A stretch of 63,893 nucleotides of DNA, filler included, from Octopus bimaculoides (lineage: Eukaryota), in NCBI RefSeq assembly GCF_001194135.2. It is 5 parts of 4 records of this genome, joined end to end, with 100 filler letters (N's around TTAATTAATTAA, not from the genome) between each part and the next. Parts side by side here need not be neighbours in the genome. Positions count along the whole stretch, not along the records: positions 25,571 to 50,345 come from NC_068981.1; positions 50,446 to 60,002 come from NC_068996.1; 3 more parts are not named here. One strand, written 5' to 3'. The notes beneath the pieces are model-generated. The model did no database searches. It was not told the origin of the DNA and saw only the letters and a program-made list of their open reading frames with translations. The translations under genes were made by a program, and so were the position numbers. The number at the start of each line of letters is the position of its first letter. Positions within the stretch are counted from its first letter, which is position 1. Positions 39,440 through 52,568 of the stretch are shown here, piece after piece.

Positions 39440-39722
39440 GCTTTTCCGGTAGGGAGGCGGCGCCGAAGCCGTCGTCAGTAGTTCCGCGCGCGGGCCGGGC
39501 GCTACAGCCACGCCCGGCTGCCGCGGGGCGGTCGCGGCGTGGTTGCGGTGTCGGTTGTGGAGCGGCGGCGGTGACCCGGTCGGCTCCACCCGCGCGAGCC
39601 CGCCGGCGGCACGCCGTCGCGCCCGGGNNNNNNNNNNNNNNNNNNNNNNNNNNNNNNNNNNNNNNNNNNNNNNNNNNNNNNNNNNNNNNNNNACTGCAGA
39701 AAGTCGCACGAGGCGGAGCGAT
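39440..39722 (+). other. Unexplained, very GC-rich, strongly base-paired island (interrupted by an N gap at 39628-39692)
   Basis: Roughly 80% GC by eye in an AT-rich background; several long stems with G-U pairs on the + strand. Confidence 0.6.
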
Positions 39723-41034
39723 AACAACAAAAAAAAAAAAACGAAACGAAAAAAATCCGATCAAAAGGGATTGAAAGCCTTTGTAACGTGTAAACAGCGA
39801 AATAATGGGGAGTAAAAATGATAGATATTTTGCAAATCTCCCCACTGCTTCCGGGTAGACTGATTTCAGTGTGTTGTGTGTGCACTGTGTTAAATGTATG
39901 ATTTTTATGTGCTGTGGCGCTATTGTGCGTGGGTGATTGTTTGTTTTGACAATTGTTTGTGTTTATTGCTGTCAGCATTGTGGATTCCTTGTGTGATTCT
40001 CTATTTGTGTTAATGCTTTTGCTTTCTGCAGGTGTTTTAGTTTCGGGAGTGGTAAACCTCCATGCTTTGTTTGTTTCCTTCTCTATTCTTTTCCCCCCGT
40101 TTTAATCCTTACTCCTGTGGCCATTCGCCATTCCGCTGTGTCGCCTTCATCGGACGACATGTGGGAGGAATCAGAAAATGGGAGGGAAAGGGCTTTGAGG
40201 TCTATTTCTGAGTGTATTAATGTTGATTTTGTTGTTGGTGTTGGTGTTGGTTGGTGACAGTTGGGATGTGGTGTATGGGTTTCGCGGGGTGGGGTATGAG
40301 TCCTTTAGTTTTTCTCTTTTTCATTTGTTGCTTCTATAGTTGTTGTTTCTGTAATTGGTGGAGGTGATGGTGGTGTCATTTGGTTGGGCTGGCTTGTTGG
40401 TTGCCGATGATCTTTGATTTCTGGTAGAGCTGTTTTATCAGCTCTGGATATGGCGGTGTAGGTAGCAATGCTGGTTTTGCTTTGGTTTTTCATTTTCTTG
40501 TTGAGGTGTTTGTTTTTGTTGTTTTTGTTGATGTTGCTCCTCATATACTGGGCAACCAAATTTTAAGTGTTTTTTGCTACTATAGAGGTAACAGCTTAGT
40601 TTTCTGCCTTTAACGGTGACATGTAGATTTAACAAATCTGCTATATTTTCAATTGTATCTTCATCTGCTTGACCCAGGATCTCGAAAGACTGTCCTGCTC
40701 AGTTCTGTTGATCTAGGACGGCATTCTCCAAGATGTTAATAACATATTCAAACTTGTAGTAGATGGTTGACACCAGCCATTGCGATTCAAATTCAGGAGG
40801 AACATCCTTGATTTTTATTCATGTGATCCTACGCCCTAAGTACGTAGGGATCATTAGTATTTCTTCAGATTAAAGTGATTCAATAGAAAAAGCTTTGCTT
40901 TGCTCTTCTGAGTCAAACCTAACTTCGGTTGTAGCAAATATTTTGCCCCTTATAATGTGTGTTTTTTTATATATGCCCATATGGGCCTTAAAAGTTTTTC
41001 GATTATTTGGTAGATAGATAGATAGATAGATAGG

Positions 41035-41085
<51 letters not shown>

Positions 41086-41091
41086 GCAGGC

Positions 41092-41143
<52 letters not shown>

Positions 41144-42398
41144 TTTCTATGATTGTGTACAGAAGAATATATTAATCAATGAAATTCAAGCTGAGTCTAA
41201 TTTTCACGTTTTATTATTTGTAATCTTTTACAATTTTTGAATATTGAAATAAATAAGTACTTTCAAGCCTTATGCAGTCATCGGGTATATATGGTCACAG
41301 TCGTGTTCCACAAATGACAACTGCAGTCTATTGTGGAATACGACTGTCAATACATAAACGTGATGATTGCGTAGTTCATTTCAATATTGTAAAAACTATA
41401 AATGTAATAATCAGACTAAGTTTGAATTTCAATTATTTATAGTTATACGTAAATATCTCATGATGAAAATGAGTGCTCAACACCGCATTGGTAGATATAA
41501 TTTCTCTATTGGTGATTTAATGCTACCATTGGTTTTATGTTAAGAAAAGTGGAAAAACATCCTAGTGTCTTAACAATTTTTCAAGCCAATGAAATAGAGA
41601 AAGGTGTTCGCCTCCATTTTGGAAGTCACCATTTGATTTTTTGTTTATATATTTGATTCTCTATATTTAATACTCAATATTTCATATATTCAATAAGACA
41701 TTCAACACGTCATTTCATTTTACCATTTATATCATATTATATATTCAATATTCTATATCCCACATTAATTTTATAAGAATATAAATAAAACACAGAAAAA
41801 ACACAGAGTTGGAACTCTTTTAAATAATATATTCCTCTATACACGATCATACAAAACCCTTTTTTGTATACGAGTCTACCAGCTTATCGCCTTAAATATA
41901 TATGTACTTGGGATCCCCTTCAGACATGAATAACATGGTATTGCACCTAGAATGTTACCCTTCATGGCACAAGTCCAGGCAAATTTGTTTATGAATTACC
42001 AACAGTCACCCAAGCATACACACCTCTGCACGCCACTGATGTCATCTAAGNNNNNNNNNNNNNNNNNNNNNNNNNNNNNNNNNNNNNNNNNNNNNNNNNN
42101 NNNNNNNNNNNNNNNNNNNNNNNNNNNNNNNNNNNNNNNNNNNNNNNNNNNNNNNNNNNNNNNNNNNNNNNNNNNNNNNNNNNNNNNNNNNNNNNNNNNN
42201 NNNNNNNNNNNNNNNNNNNNNNNNNNNNNNNNNNNNNNNNNNNNNNNNNNNNNNNNNNNNNNNNNNNNNNNNNNNNNNNNNNNNNNNNNNNNNNNNNNNN
42301 NNNNNNNNNNNNNNNNNNNNNNNNNNNNNNNNNNNNNNNNNNNNNNNNNNNNNNNNNNNNNNNNNNNNNNNNNNNNNNNNNNNNNNNNNNNNNNNNNN

Positions 42399-42438
<40 letters not shown>

Positions 42439-45118
42439 GACAATTCATAATTTATTATGGAGAACTTTGTGAAGCTTATTTTTACATACGAGCGAAAGAG
42501 AAGTGTTAAATAGCCAGAAGATGACAATTGTATACAGCTTGAAACACAGAGTAGAGTAAATAGTGAAGTCTTGACGTTGATTCTATTATCTCTCTCCCCC
42601 TCTCTTTCCCTGTCTGTCCGGTCTCTCTCACTCTTTTTCCTTTGGATCAAGTATGCTGTGCAGTGAGGTTATCTCTCCAGGAACAGAGAAATATGAAGGT
42701 GGATTCGAGTAATATTTTAATGGAAACCTACAAAGAAAGCGAGATGTAATGCTCCCTATAGAACGGGGACAAACAATTATTTGTACATGTTGAAATTTCC
42801 CTAATGGCATGCTTTAAATGTTTTATAAAACATACAGTTGTTGCGAGCACACAGTATTCTAAAAGTGACATCTCTTCACTATTTCTCAGCCCTTTCACCG
42901 TTTATCCCACATAAATTAGTAATTCAACAACGCAAAAGATCAACATTTCATTTTTAAAATTAGTAATAGAATAATGTCTTATTTGCCTTATTCTAGACGC
43001 CAACCACCCACTTTCCGTTGACTGCAATTATAATAAAGAACTTGCAGCAATTTTGAGATGAAGTAACTTCAAATGACACTGATAAAATATCTACTAAAAC
43101 AACATAAAGAATCTTAACACCCCAAGTACAATAGACAGTCTACCAAATGAAATTGGAAACACAAGTGGTTGTTGAATAGATAAACACATTTCAATAAAAC
43201 ATTGGTGTTGCTTTGAAATTGATGAACACATGATGTTTGAAAGCAAATAAAAAATTTATTTAGCGCACTGGATTTTGCTACACCTCAACACAATTTCAAC
43301 TTCGACACCACTGTGTTACACATATCTTGTTTACTAATACTTCATGACTGGAACCTGGTAGATGGAATGTGTGTGGAAACATTCAGGACCTTATGAAACA
43401 TTTAGAGTTAAATAGGATACAAAGAGAGCAATTGATGTTGAGATTAAAAAGTGTTCCACCTAAGAGGAAACTGCTGGAGAGGGACGGATTATGTAATCAA
43501 GTTTTCTGAAGGAAAACAAAAGGGCTACTGGTTACAATCGTTAGATCAAAAAGAGAAATACAAAACAACTTAGTGCTAAAAGATATTAGATACAGCTATT
43601 ATTTTGGGGATTTTATAAATAAATATCTCTTTTATGAGAGAGAACTTGAAAATGTGACTAAGATGTGACGTATGCTTAAGTAGTAAGATTACAATATAAG
43701 AATAACAAATTTCATTTATTCATTGCAGTATTTTGGTAATATATTAATCCAGTTGTTAACAAAACCTCAAAAAGCGAGTCAGTATAAACTACACTAGATA
43801 TTAGACCGATGTAAATGTACGTACAAACATATTGATTTACAAAACTACATACACAATCAGACATGCACACATGCATGTAGGCGTACATGTATACAAACAG
43901 ACATACATAAATACAGTACGTGCATAACATTTAAACGCTTATTAATATATATGTACAAACATATATAAAAAATTTTTCTCATCTTTTATGTTTTATACAG
44001 TGTTGACATATAAATATTAATGTCTGTATATCTGGTTAGAAACGTCAAATTTTATTTATGATGTCAGTCACAGTGGAAACGGGAGAAGCAGAAACATTTC
44101 CAAATATTTTGGATGTAATCAGAGAGAGGCGAATGATGTTCATCTTAAAACATGTTTGTCAAGGACTGAGTAAAAGGGTGGTCTTGAAGTGAAAGTAGTA
44201 AAAACGCCTTAAGATAAATAAAGAGCGGATAACAGCATTAGCGCTTGACCTGATAACGTGCTTGTTTTGTAGCATTTGATACTAGTTTCGTGATTCTACA
44301 GTTTATTTTCTAGCTTATGTTTATGTATGTTCTATCATTATATTGCGTACTAAACTTGTTTTAGTAGTGTAAACGTTTAAATCAAGATCAGTTTGATTGA
44401 ACATATATGAGACCAATTAAGCATCTACTTCACATACTTCTCAAAAATATTCCTAGTAACAGAAAGTCGGAAGTCTTTCTAAGTCTTTTATACTATTTGG
44501 TATCAAATTCATAAAACTAGCCTGCACAAACCCGTCATATATGACGAAATAGTGTAACCAGTATATTATTCAATGTCTTTTTTCTCGTTTTTTCTCGTGG
44601 TAGGATATGAGCTGTGAAGAATTTGGCTGCTATTTCCACCATGTTCAGCGATGAAAGAGGGCATTCTGGATTGGTTGGGGTTGGGTGTTTTACATTATTG
44701 GGAGCTAATCTAGTATCGTACGTGCAATACCAGTTATATAGAAAGTGTAATGCGTGTGTTCTGCTATTTGCAGGGAAAATGTCTCGCGTAATTTAGGTTG
44801 TGAATCATATAGCGATTTGAAACGCGTATAGATTCCTGAACTTTTAAATTTATGGAATATCTGCATTTCTGAACGAAGTAACAGTTTCTAGCTTGTAAAA
44901 TATATTACCAAATACATTACTTGAAATTAGCATCCATTTACTACAGTTACAATGTAAGTTAAGTCATATTTAAACATAAACTCCCTGGAACTACACGCAC
45001 CCATACATACACACATATATGCACACATAAACAAACAAACACACACTCATTCACACACACGTACGCACGCACACACGCACGCACACAAACACACACGTAC
45101 GCATGTGCGCGCGCACAC

Positions 45119-45167
<49 letters not shown>

Positions 45168-45553
45168 TACATAATTTATTAGACAATAGCAGCAGCTAAA
45201 AGTTTAAAATAAACGGGGAAACTAAACTAATTATGTGTAGATAAAATGTTTGCAAATTGAAGCCGAATGCTACAGGAATATAGAAATGGTCCCTTTTGCT
45301 ATATCTGGAAATATTTGATAGAGCGTATGTATACTGCAATCAATAGCAACCATATAAGACTACTCATCTAAACTGCTTTGACAGTGTGTGAGTGTATATA
45401 TNNNNNNNNNNNNNNNNNNNNNNNNNNNNNNNNNNNNNNNNNNNNNNNNNNNNNNNNNNNNNNNNNNNNNNNNNNNNNNNNNNNNNNNNNNNNNNNNNNN
45501 NNNNNNNNNNNNNNNNNNNNNNNNNNNNNNNNNNNNNNNNNNNNNNNNNNNNN

Positions 45554-45633
<80 letters not shown>

Positions 45634-46520
45634 GTGTGTGTGTGTATGTGTGTGTGTTTGTGTGTGTACTCAGTGTATAAAAAGATGGAAATTAATGGGA
45701 ATACAAACTTAAAATTAAGAAACAGCACTGATATTAGATAATTTTTTGATCTACCTTTACATCTCATTCGTTTGCACTTATTTTATGCCAAGTTTTAAGT
45801 GCATATTGCATAATCCAGTGAAATTGATATTCGATAATGCTGCATAAAGCTACACTTTCTCAAATATTTGAACGACTAATCCTACACCGGATTTTTCATA
45901 TATACATAAATGTTTCGTTGATAATCTGCCACGACTCCAAGAGTTTTACGTCTGGTGCATTAGGAAATCTCGTAATATGTTATAAGATAAATGGAAACTG
46001 CCTTAACGTAACGCAAACTATTTGCTTTGCGCCGTTCGTAAGTACACATTAAATATTTCATGCTCCTTCCCTAATAGAGTAGTGTATCATGACGATTTAA
46101 TAAACTGTGATTAGCCTAGACATATTGATTCTTCTTAATATTTGGTACCGTTCTCTAGAATATATTATTATTTTGTCATTTCCGTTTGCGAGAGATGAAA
46201 GTATTGTGATCTATTTAATAACGGGCTATTAGATGATTTTAGAATATTCAATATTAGTTAAATGGAAACCGGGGAAACATATTTTACAGTGGCCCATCTT
46301 ACAAGATAAATCAGTTTCAGTGGCTGAACTCGTCGATAATGGTAAGAAACATGTTATTTAAAGATATTGAATACTATTTGAAAGGTGAATTGTCAACAGT
46401 TCAGAATGAAATTAAGATTAGGGTATCTTACGAGTTTAAAATAATGTTGATTGAAAATTTCCTAAGGTCTCAAAAATGGATGTAGCAAAGCAAATTTCGA
46501 TAAATGAATAATTTGCTCCA

Positions 46521-46565
<45 letters not shown>

Positions 46566-48237
46566 AACGAACAAACACACTCAGAAGTCAGTAATGTGTG
46601 TGTTTGGTGTGTGTTTATGTGTATGATTGAGTGCGTAAATGTGAATTCAGTTCATGTTACACGATGGTATGCGTTTCACTATTGATTAATTTAACGATTA
46701 TTGAGAAATTCTGAATTTGCAGAATGTAATATCCTTGTAACATATATCTGTCAATTTATTAGGCTGTTGTTTATTTTCGCTATTCTCTGAACTATAGCAT
46801 TCTCTACGCTCAAACCTGAACCGGTGATTATACAGATTAAATCGCAGTGTTATTAGTCTACACTCAATATCAAATATTTAAATAATAACAATACACCTGA
46901 TCACAAAGAATTCCAGATAATAGGAAAATATATAAAATTAAGTTATTTGGTAAAAGGCGATATATTTAAAGTTCTCACTATACAAGTAGTCTAATGAACA
47001 TTTTATTGCAACAAAATTATGTTATCTTAATGTACTTAATGCCTTTTTAGAAAACGCACGCGCAAAAGCATACGCACGCAGACGTGAACTTCAAATAATG
47101 TACACATATTTACGGAGACAGCCATACATTTTTGTCTTTACTATTAAACAAGCTCTACAACTTAGTTATGTATATTTGATTTCTTCAATAAATAGTCACA
47201 AATTTCCGAGTAAATGTAATGACATGTGGTAAAGTATACACCTTTCTGAAGACTAACAATGATTTTTCCCAAAAGGTACACGGCCATAGATATTGGGAGT
47301 TGAATACAGTTGATTAGACCTGAGACCGACTGCTGTACTTTTCTGCTATTAACATATTGTCTGGAAAGGTATATCATTAATGAAGTGAACTTGCTTCATA
47401 TATTGTGTTAGAAAATAGTAGGTGAAAATCATTTTAGTTCTGCAGAATTTTGTAGGCATTATTTAGAACTATATATATCGTAAATTTGCAGAACATGCTC
47501 TATATACATTGCATATTTTAGTGAATCAACAGAATACTATTTCCTGAAAAAATGAACTAACTATGAACGTCAAGAATCGCTTATTCTTGTGACTACAATT
47601 TATTTTTCATCTCTGAATTTTTTACATGCCAAAGGTTTTTTTTTAAACCAAACATATAAATGCTATCATATACAGATTTATGTGAAAATCTAACCCAAAA
47701 ATATCAGTTTACTTTCCTTCGAAACGTTATAATGATCTTATGACGTCAACAATTCACACAAAGGTACGCACACGTTTATATATACATACATTTGTGTATA
47801 TTGCAGGTTATAGATTTTTTTCATATTTCTCCCCCGTATCTACTGATTCCATTGTTGTGGAGGATAGAAATCAAAATCAAATAATCATTTATATATATAT
47901 AACATGGAAAAATGCGAGCATGAAAAGTAATATTCTTAAGATTATAAACCTGGAAAAGTACAGGACAAGCTATTACTTCTAGTAAAATAAAGAATAAGAA
48001 ACTTTTTACTTAAAATATTGCAGCAAAGAATGCCAATTCTTCTAATTTATCATNNNNNNNNNNNNNNNNNNNNNNNNNNNNNNNNNATGGTGGGGGTGTA
48101 TACATGTATATATATATATATACATACATTTGTGTATATTGCAGGTTATAGATTTTTTTCATATTTCTCCCCCGTATCTACTGATTCCATTGTTGTGGAG
48201 GATAGAAATCAAAATCAAATAATCATTTATATATATA

Positions 48238-48755
48238 TAACATGGAAAAATGCGAGCATGAAAAGTAATATTCTTAAGATTATAAACCTGGAAAAGTACA
48301 GGACAAGCTATTACACCTGGAAAAGTACAGGACAAGCTATTACTTCTAGTAAAATAAAGAATAAGAAACTTTTTACTTAAAATATTGCAGCAAAGAATGC
48401 CAATTCTTCTAATTTATCATTCTTTAAAGTTCTCATCTTTTAAATTTATGATACACAACCGTTCAGTTAATTTGTAAGTTTGTTTAATTAGTCACTTTTT
48501 TCCTTATTTAAGGTAGTAAATTAACCAAATTCTACTTAAATAAGTATAGTGTTATTTGTAAATTATAATAAAATAATTTGTAATATTCAAATTTTAATTT
48601 TAGCTGCAATATTTTAATTAAAATGTTTCTAATTCTTTACTTCACTAGAAGTAATAGCTTGTTCTATACTTTTCCAGATGTAGTAACTTGGCCTGTACTT
48701 TTCCAGGCTTATAATCTTAAGAATATTACTTTTCATGCTCGCATTTTTCCATGTA
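48238..48755. mobile_element. Foldback/MITE-like element with long terminal inverted repeats
   Basis: CATGGAAAAATGCGAGCATGAAAAGTAATATTCTTAAG...AATATTGCAGC (about 48240-48395) is mirrored at about 48600-48755; AT-rich non-coding spacer. Confidence 0.7.
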
Positions 48756-50314
48756 ATCCATGATTTTTCCAGGCATTGCTGTTATAAGATAATTGATAAT
48801 GTGCCAATAAATAATTTAAGATTGTTACCTTATAAAATACTGAAAGATAATATTTCAATTTTTCCATGTAAGTGATGCTAATATTTCAGTTTTTTTCATG
48901 TTTAATATAAATATATCTTGTGATTGAATTATTTGATATTACCCATCCACACCAAATTAATGGCAGGGATTTTTATCATGTTGTTGGTTGCACCATGGCT
49001 CACTAAAAGTTTTAAAGACATCAAGACCATCAGTTACCAGGCTCACTTTAAGTAACCTAATTTTGCAATAACAAATGATTATTATTGTACCTTGAATTTT
49101 ATGTAAATATTTGTTTTTTCATAAATTAAAACAATTTTATAAACCAAAAAAAAAAAATACATTTTTAATTTCCAAATTTAAGAAATATTTTATGCGTGTG
49201 GTTTAGGTAGGAGAATAATTTGACTGCTATTTTTAGCGTGTCGAGCGAACACGTAGAGGCTCTTTCATTGGTTTGATTGTGTGATGAGATTATTTTACAC
49301 AAATATGTAGTAAGTATAGATCTCATCGGCAGAAGTTACAGAGTAAGTCAAAGGCTGAGTGTTTCGTGTATTGGCACTTATCAAACACGAATTTGTCCAT
49401 TGACACTTCTGACGAAATAACTTCTGAAACACAAAATTTTGTCGAAAACATTAAGAGTAAACCCTGTACTATGTGACACATTGTACCAGCATCGGAAGTT
49501 TGAAAGTGTTTAGTTAAAAAATATTAATTAAATAATATGTACGTCTAATTGAATAGATCGGAAATGGATGAAAGGTAAAGTCGATCTCGACGGAATTTGA
49601 ACTCAGAACATAAAGAGAGACGAAATACCACTTCTAAAATACGACTTTTTTTCATAAACGCTAAGAGTAAACCCTGTTCCATGTGACGCATTCTACTGTT
49701 ATCGTAAGTTTGAAAGTGTTTAGTTTAAAAAAAATGAAAGAATCTGCACGTCAAAGTCGACCTCGGCGAACTTTGAACTCAAAAACGTAAAGACAGAGGA
49801 GAAATAGTTAAGCTTTTAATCCGGCGCTAATATTTCTGCCAGCTCGCCTTAGAAAGTAAGCTTTGGTTTTAGAAATATATTCTGTATTCTTGTAGGTGAA
49901 ACGTTACTCCCTTACTTACTGACAGGAAATTTCGTAAAATGTTACCACATAACTCTTTCTACTAAATTTCGTTCAATGCGACTAGTGATTCTGAATTCTT
50001 GATGCGTTTTTCTATAATTTAAGCCAAAGAGAGGTATACTTTTTATTTAAAGTTTAAAGTTTTACGTTAATTGAAGGTGTTATGTTAATTGAATAGGTCC
50101 CTTACTACCACCCTTGAGGTCGCATATATTTTGATGTAACATTTTTCTACTGAACCACATCTCGAACTATTTATGCCAAAGTGTAGCTGAGAATGTGTCC
50201 TCTTTAAAACTGTTAACAGTTTGCAATTCAGTTGAGAACTGAATTAGTTGTGAATCTGCAGCGATTGACGAAATGGTGGACTTAAGAACATATTCAACCA
50301 CTACTGTGGTTCAA

Positions 50315-50345
<31 letters not shown>

Positions 50346-50445
50346 NNNNNNNNNNNNNNNNNNNNNNNNNNNNNNNNNNNNNNNNNNNNTTAATTAATTA
50401 ANNNNNNNNNNNNNNNNNNNNNNNNNNNNNNNNNNNNNNNNNNNN

Positions 50446-50522
<77 letters not shown>

Positions 50523-50672
50523 TCGAAAAATACCTTAAGAATGAGAACCCAAGTTCGAAATTTCCCCAAAGACACCTGATGAAGGCTGGAGGGTATATCA
50601 ACTGAAACGTTGTGTTCACAACAGACAAGATGAGGACAAATATCCGTCAAATGTAAATAATGTAAATAATGT
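50446..50672 (+). mobile_element. Third copy of the (TAA)n-anchored HHR element; HHR at 50571-50616
   Basis: (AAT)n then CATCGAAAAATACCTT...GACAC-CTGATGA-A-GGCTG-GAGGGTATAT-CAACT-GAA-ACGT-T-GTGTT...GTAAATAATGTAAATAATG. Palindromic ACGT stem III; stem I GACAC/GTGTT. Confidence 0.75.
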
Positions 50673-51098
50673 TTTGCTTTTTCACTTTCTATTTCAACCT
50701 ATATTTCCCCGCTCAAGCAGAAACAACTTCTAGCCACCTTTCATAAGTACTCACAGCACCACATTGTTCAGTTGTAGTTCAAGTCGGAGATTTAGTAGTA
50801 ACCAAACTAGGTATTTAAAGTACAAACTTACTACATTACTTCAGTTGACGAAAAAACCCTTATGTATTCTCTACATATATATGAAGGAAAATAAGGATTA
50901 AATAATTCAGGTGATCACCTCTGTGGAAATAGAAACCGGTTGACACATTTATCTATTCAATATTATGGTAATGCGTCTATGTTGTTATTCATTTCTTGTG
51001 ACAGGTACACTTTGTTAATCCGAGGTATCACGTCAATTATTTTCTTGTGTATTAATCGCAGAAGATATTAGACAAAAACATAAAGAATGAAGATGCAT

Positions 51099-51285
51099 TG
51101 TTGTGGCGAGAGTCATTGATACCCCTGGCGGATTAGAAGAATGGACTAACCGAACTTTTATAATGAGTAGAGGTCGCCATAGTCGGGGAAAAAAAAGAGA
51201 GTGCTTTGGTAGTCTGGCGAAGTTTGTCGTATGAACACATTAATTAAGCCTCCGCTGCATAATTTATCTATACCAACCTGTGGCA

Positions 51286-51290
<5 letters not shown>
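51099..51290 (+). mobile_element. LTR fragment related to the 30170 element
   Basis: TGTTGTGGCGAGAGTC...AGAATGGACTAACCGAACTTTTATAATGAGTAG parallels TGTTGTAGCGAGTGTC...AGAATGGACTAGCCGAACTCTTATAACGAGTAG. Confidence 0.55.
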
Positions 51291-51337
<47 letters not shown>

Positions 51338-52162
51338 ATTTAGATTCAAAGTGAATAAGGTACTTAAGTTTAGGCACCAGAATTTAGTATGGTATTATCC
51401 AAACAATTCCCCAAAATAAGGTGATCAAAAATCAAAATTAGCAACAAGGATAATTCAAGGTTACTGCAGTACGATCGTTTAATCCAACTCCATTTATTTA
51501 AGCAATGTTAGCATTACATTAAATGTAAAATGCAGAGCAATCTTCAGCTGCACAAAGATACAGAAAATTTACTGAAATTTCATTTCAGTAGAAGTACATA
51601 TTACTGTTGTAACTACATTTAAACACTCCAAGTGGGAAGGAAGAATATAAAAAAACATTTTGACTTAGCCAAACGCTTTATTTAGTTTACGCGTATTTTG
51701 TGTAACCTGGCACAAGGCAAGCATTACACATTGCAGTACGCATATTCTATTGATATCTCATTTGTTCGATTAATTTGCCAGAAATACAGAGCATCTAAAC
51801 TGCCAAGCGATTCTTCTCAAAGACAAAATGCTTCAAGAGGGATTTAAACGATCAGATGAAGGATACTTTTAATATGCATACTGCAATGTACAGAACTCGC
51901 ACTGTGGCAGGCTATTTGGAACACGTGTAAGCTACATAAATTGTTGATAATGTATTTTCGATTTTATGGGGGGGGGGGGTATACACACACACATGCATAC
52001 ATACGTACATACACACATACATACACACATATACATATATGCATCCATACATAAATGCATCCATTCATACATCCATCCATCCATACATACATACATACAT
52101 ACATACACACATACACATACAGGTACATACATACATACATACATACATACTTACATACAAGC

Positions 52163-52204
<42 letters not shown>

Positions 52205-52516
52205 TTGTTTTTTATAAATATATACATGGAGAATATTTTTACGATATATAAACATATGCATATATAAAATATATAGATATGTACACATATATGATGTAAA
52301 TAAGTATATATATATATGTGTGTGCGTGTGTGTGTGTGTGTGTGTATACACACACAGATGCACACATACACATATATATACATACATTCATACATGCGTA
52401 CACTCATACACAATCACGAATATGCACAAATGTTTATATATAAGTGAATGTGTGTGACCGTATACGTATGTGGTATGTGTGTGCATGTGTCTACATATGT
52501 GTGCTTATGTGCGTAT

Positions 52517-52568
<52 letters not shown>

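Noticed and set aside
39415-39722. Telomerase RNA, 7SK or RNase P/MRP identity for the GC island
   Set aside because: No CTAACCCTAA template, no GATC-repeat 5' stem, and no complete CR-I/CR-V motifs in the readable part.
47775-48420. About 300 bp tandem duplication across a gap
   Set aside because: Near-identical copies either side of an N run are most likely a haplotype-overlap scaffolding artefact.
51781-51927. Plus-strand exon-like segment (TTTGCCAG...GTAAGC)
   Set aside because: Stops in all three frames and no recognisable product or partner exons.
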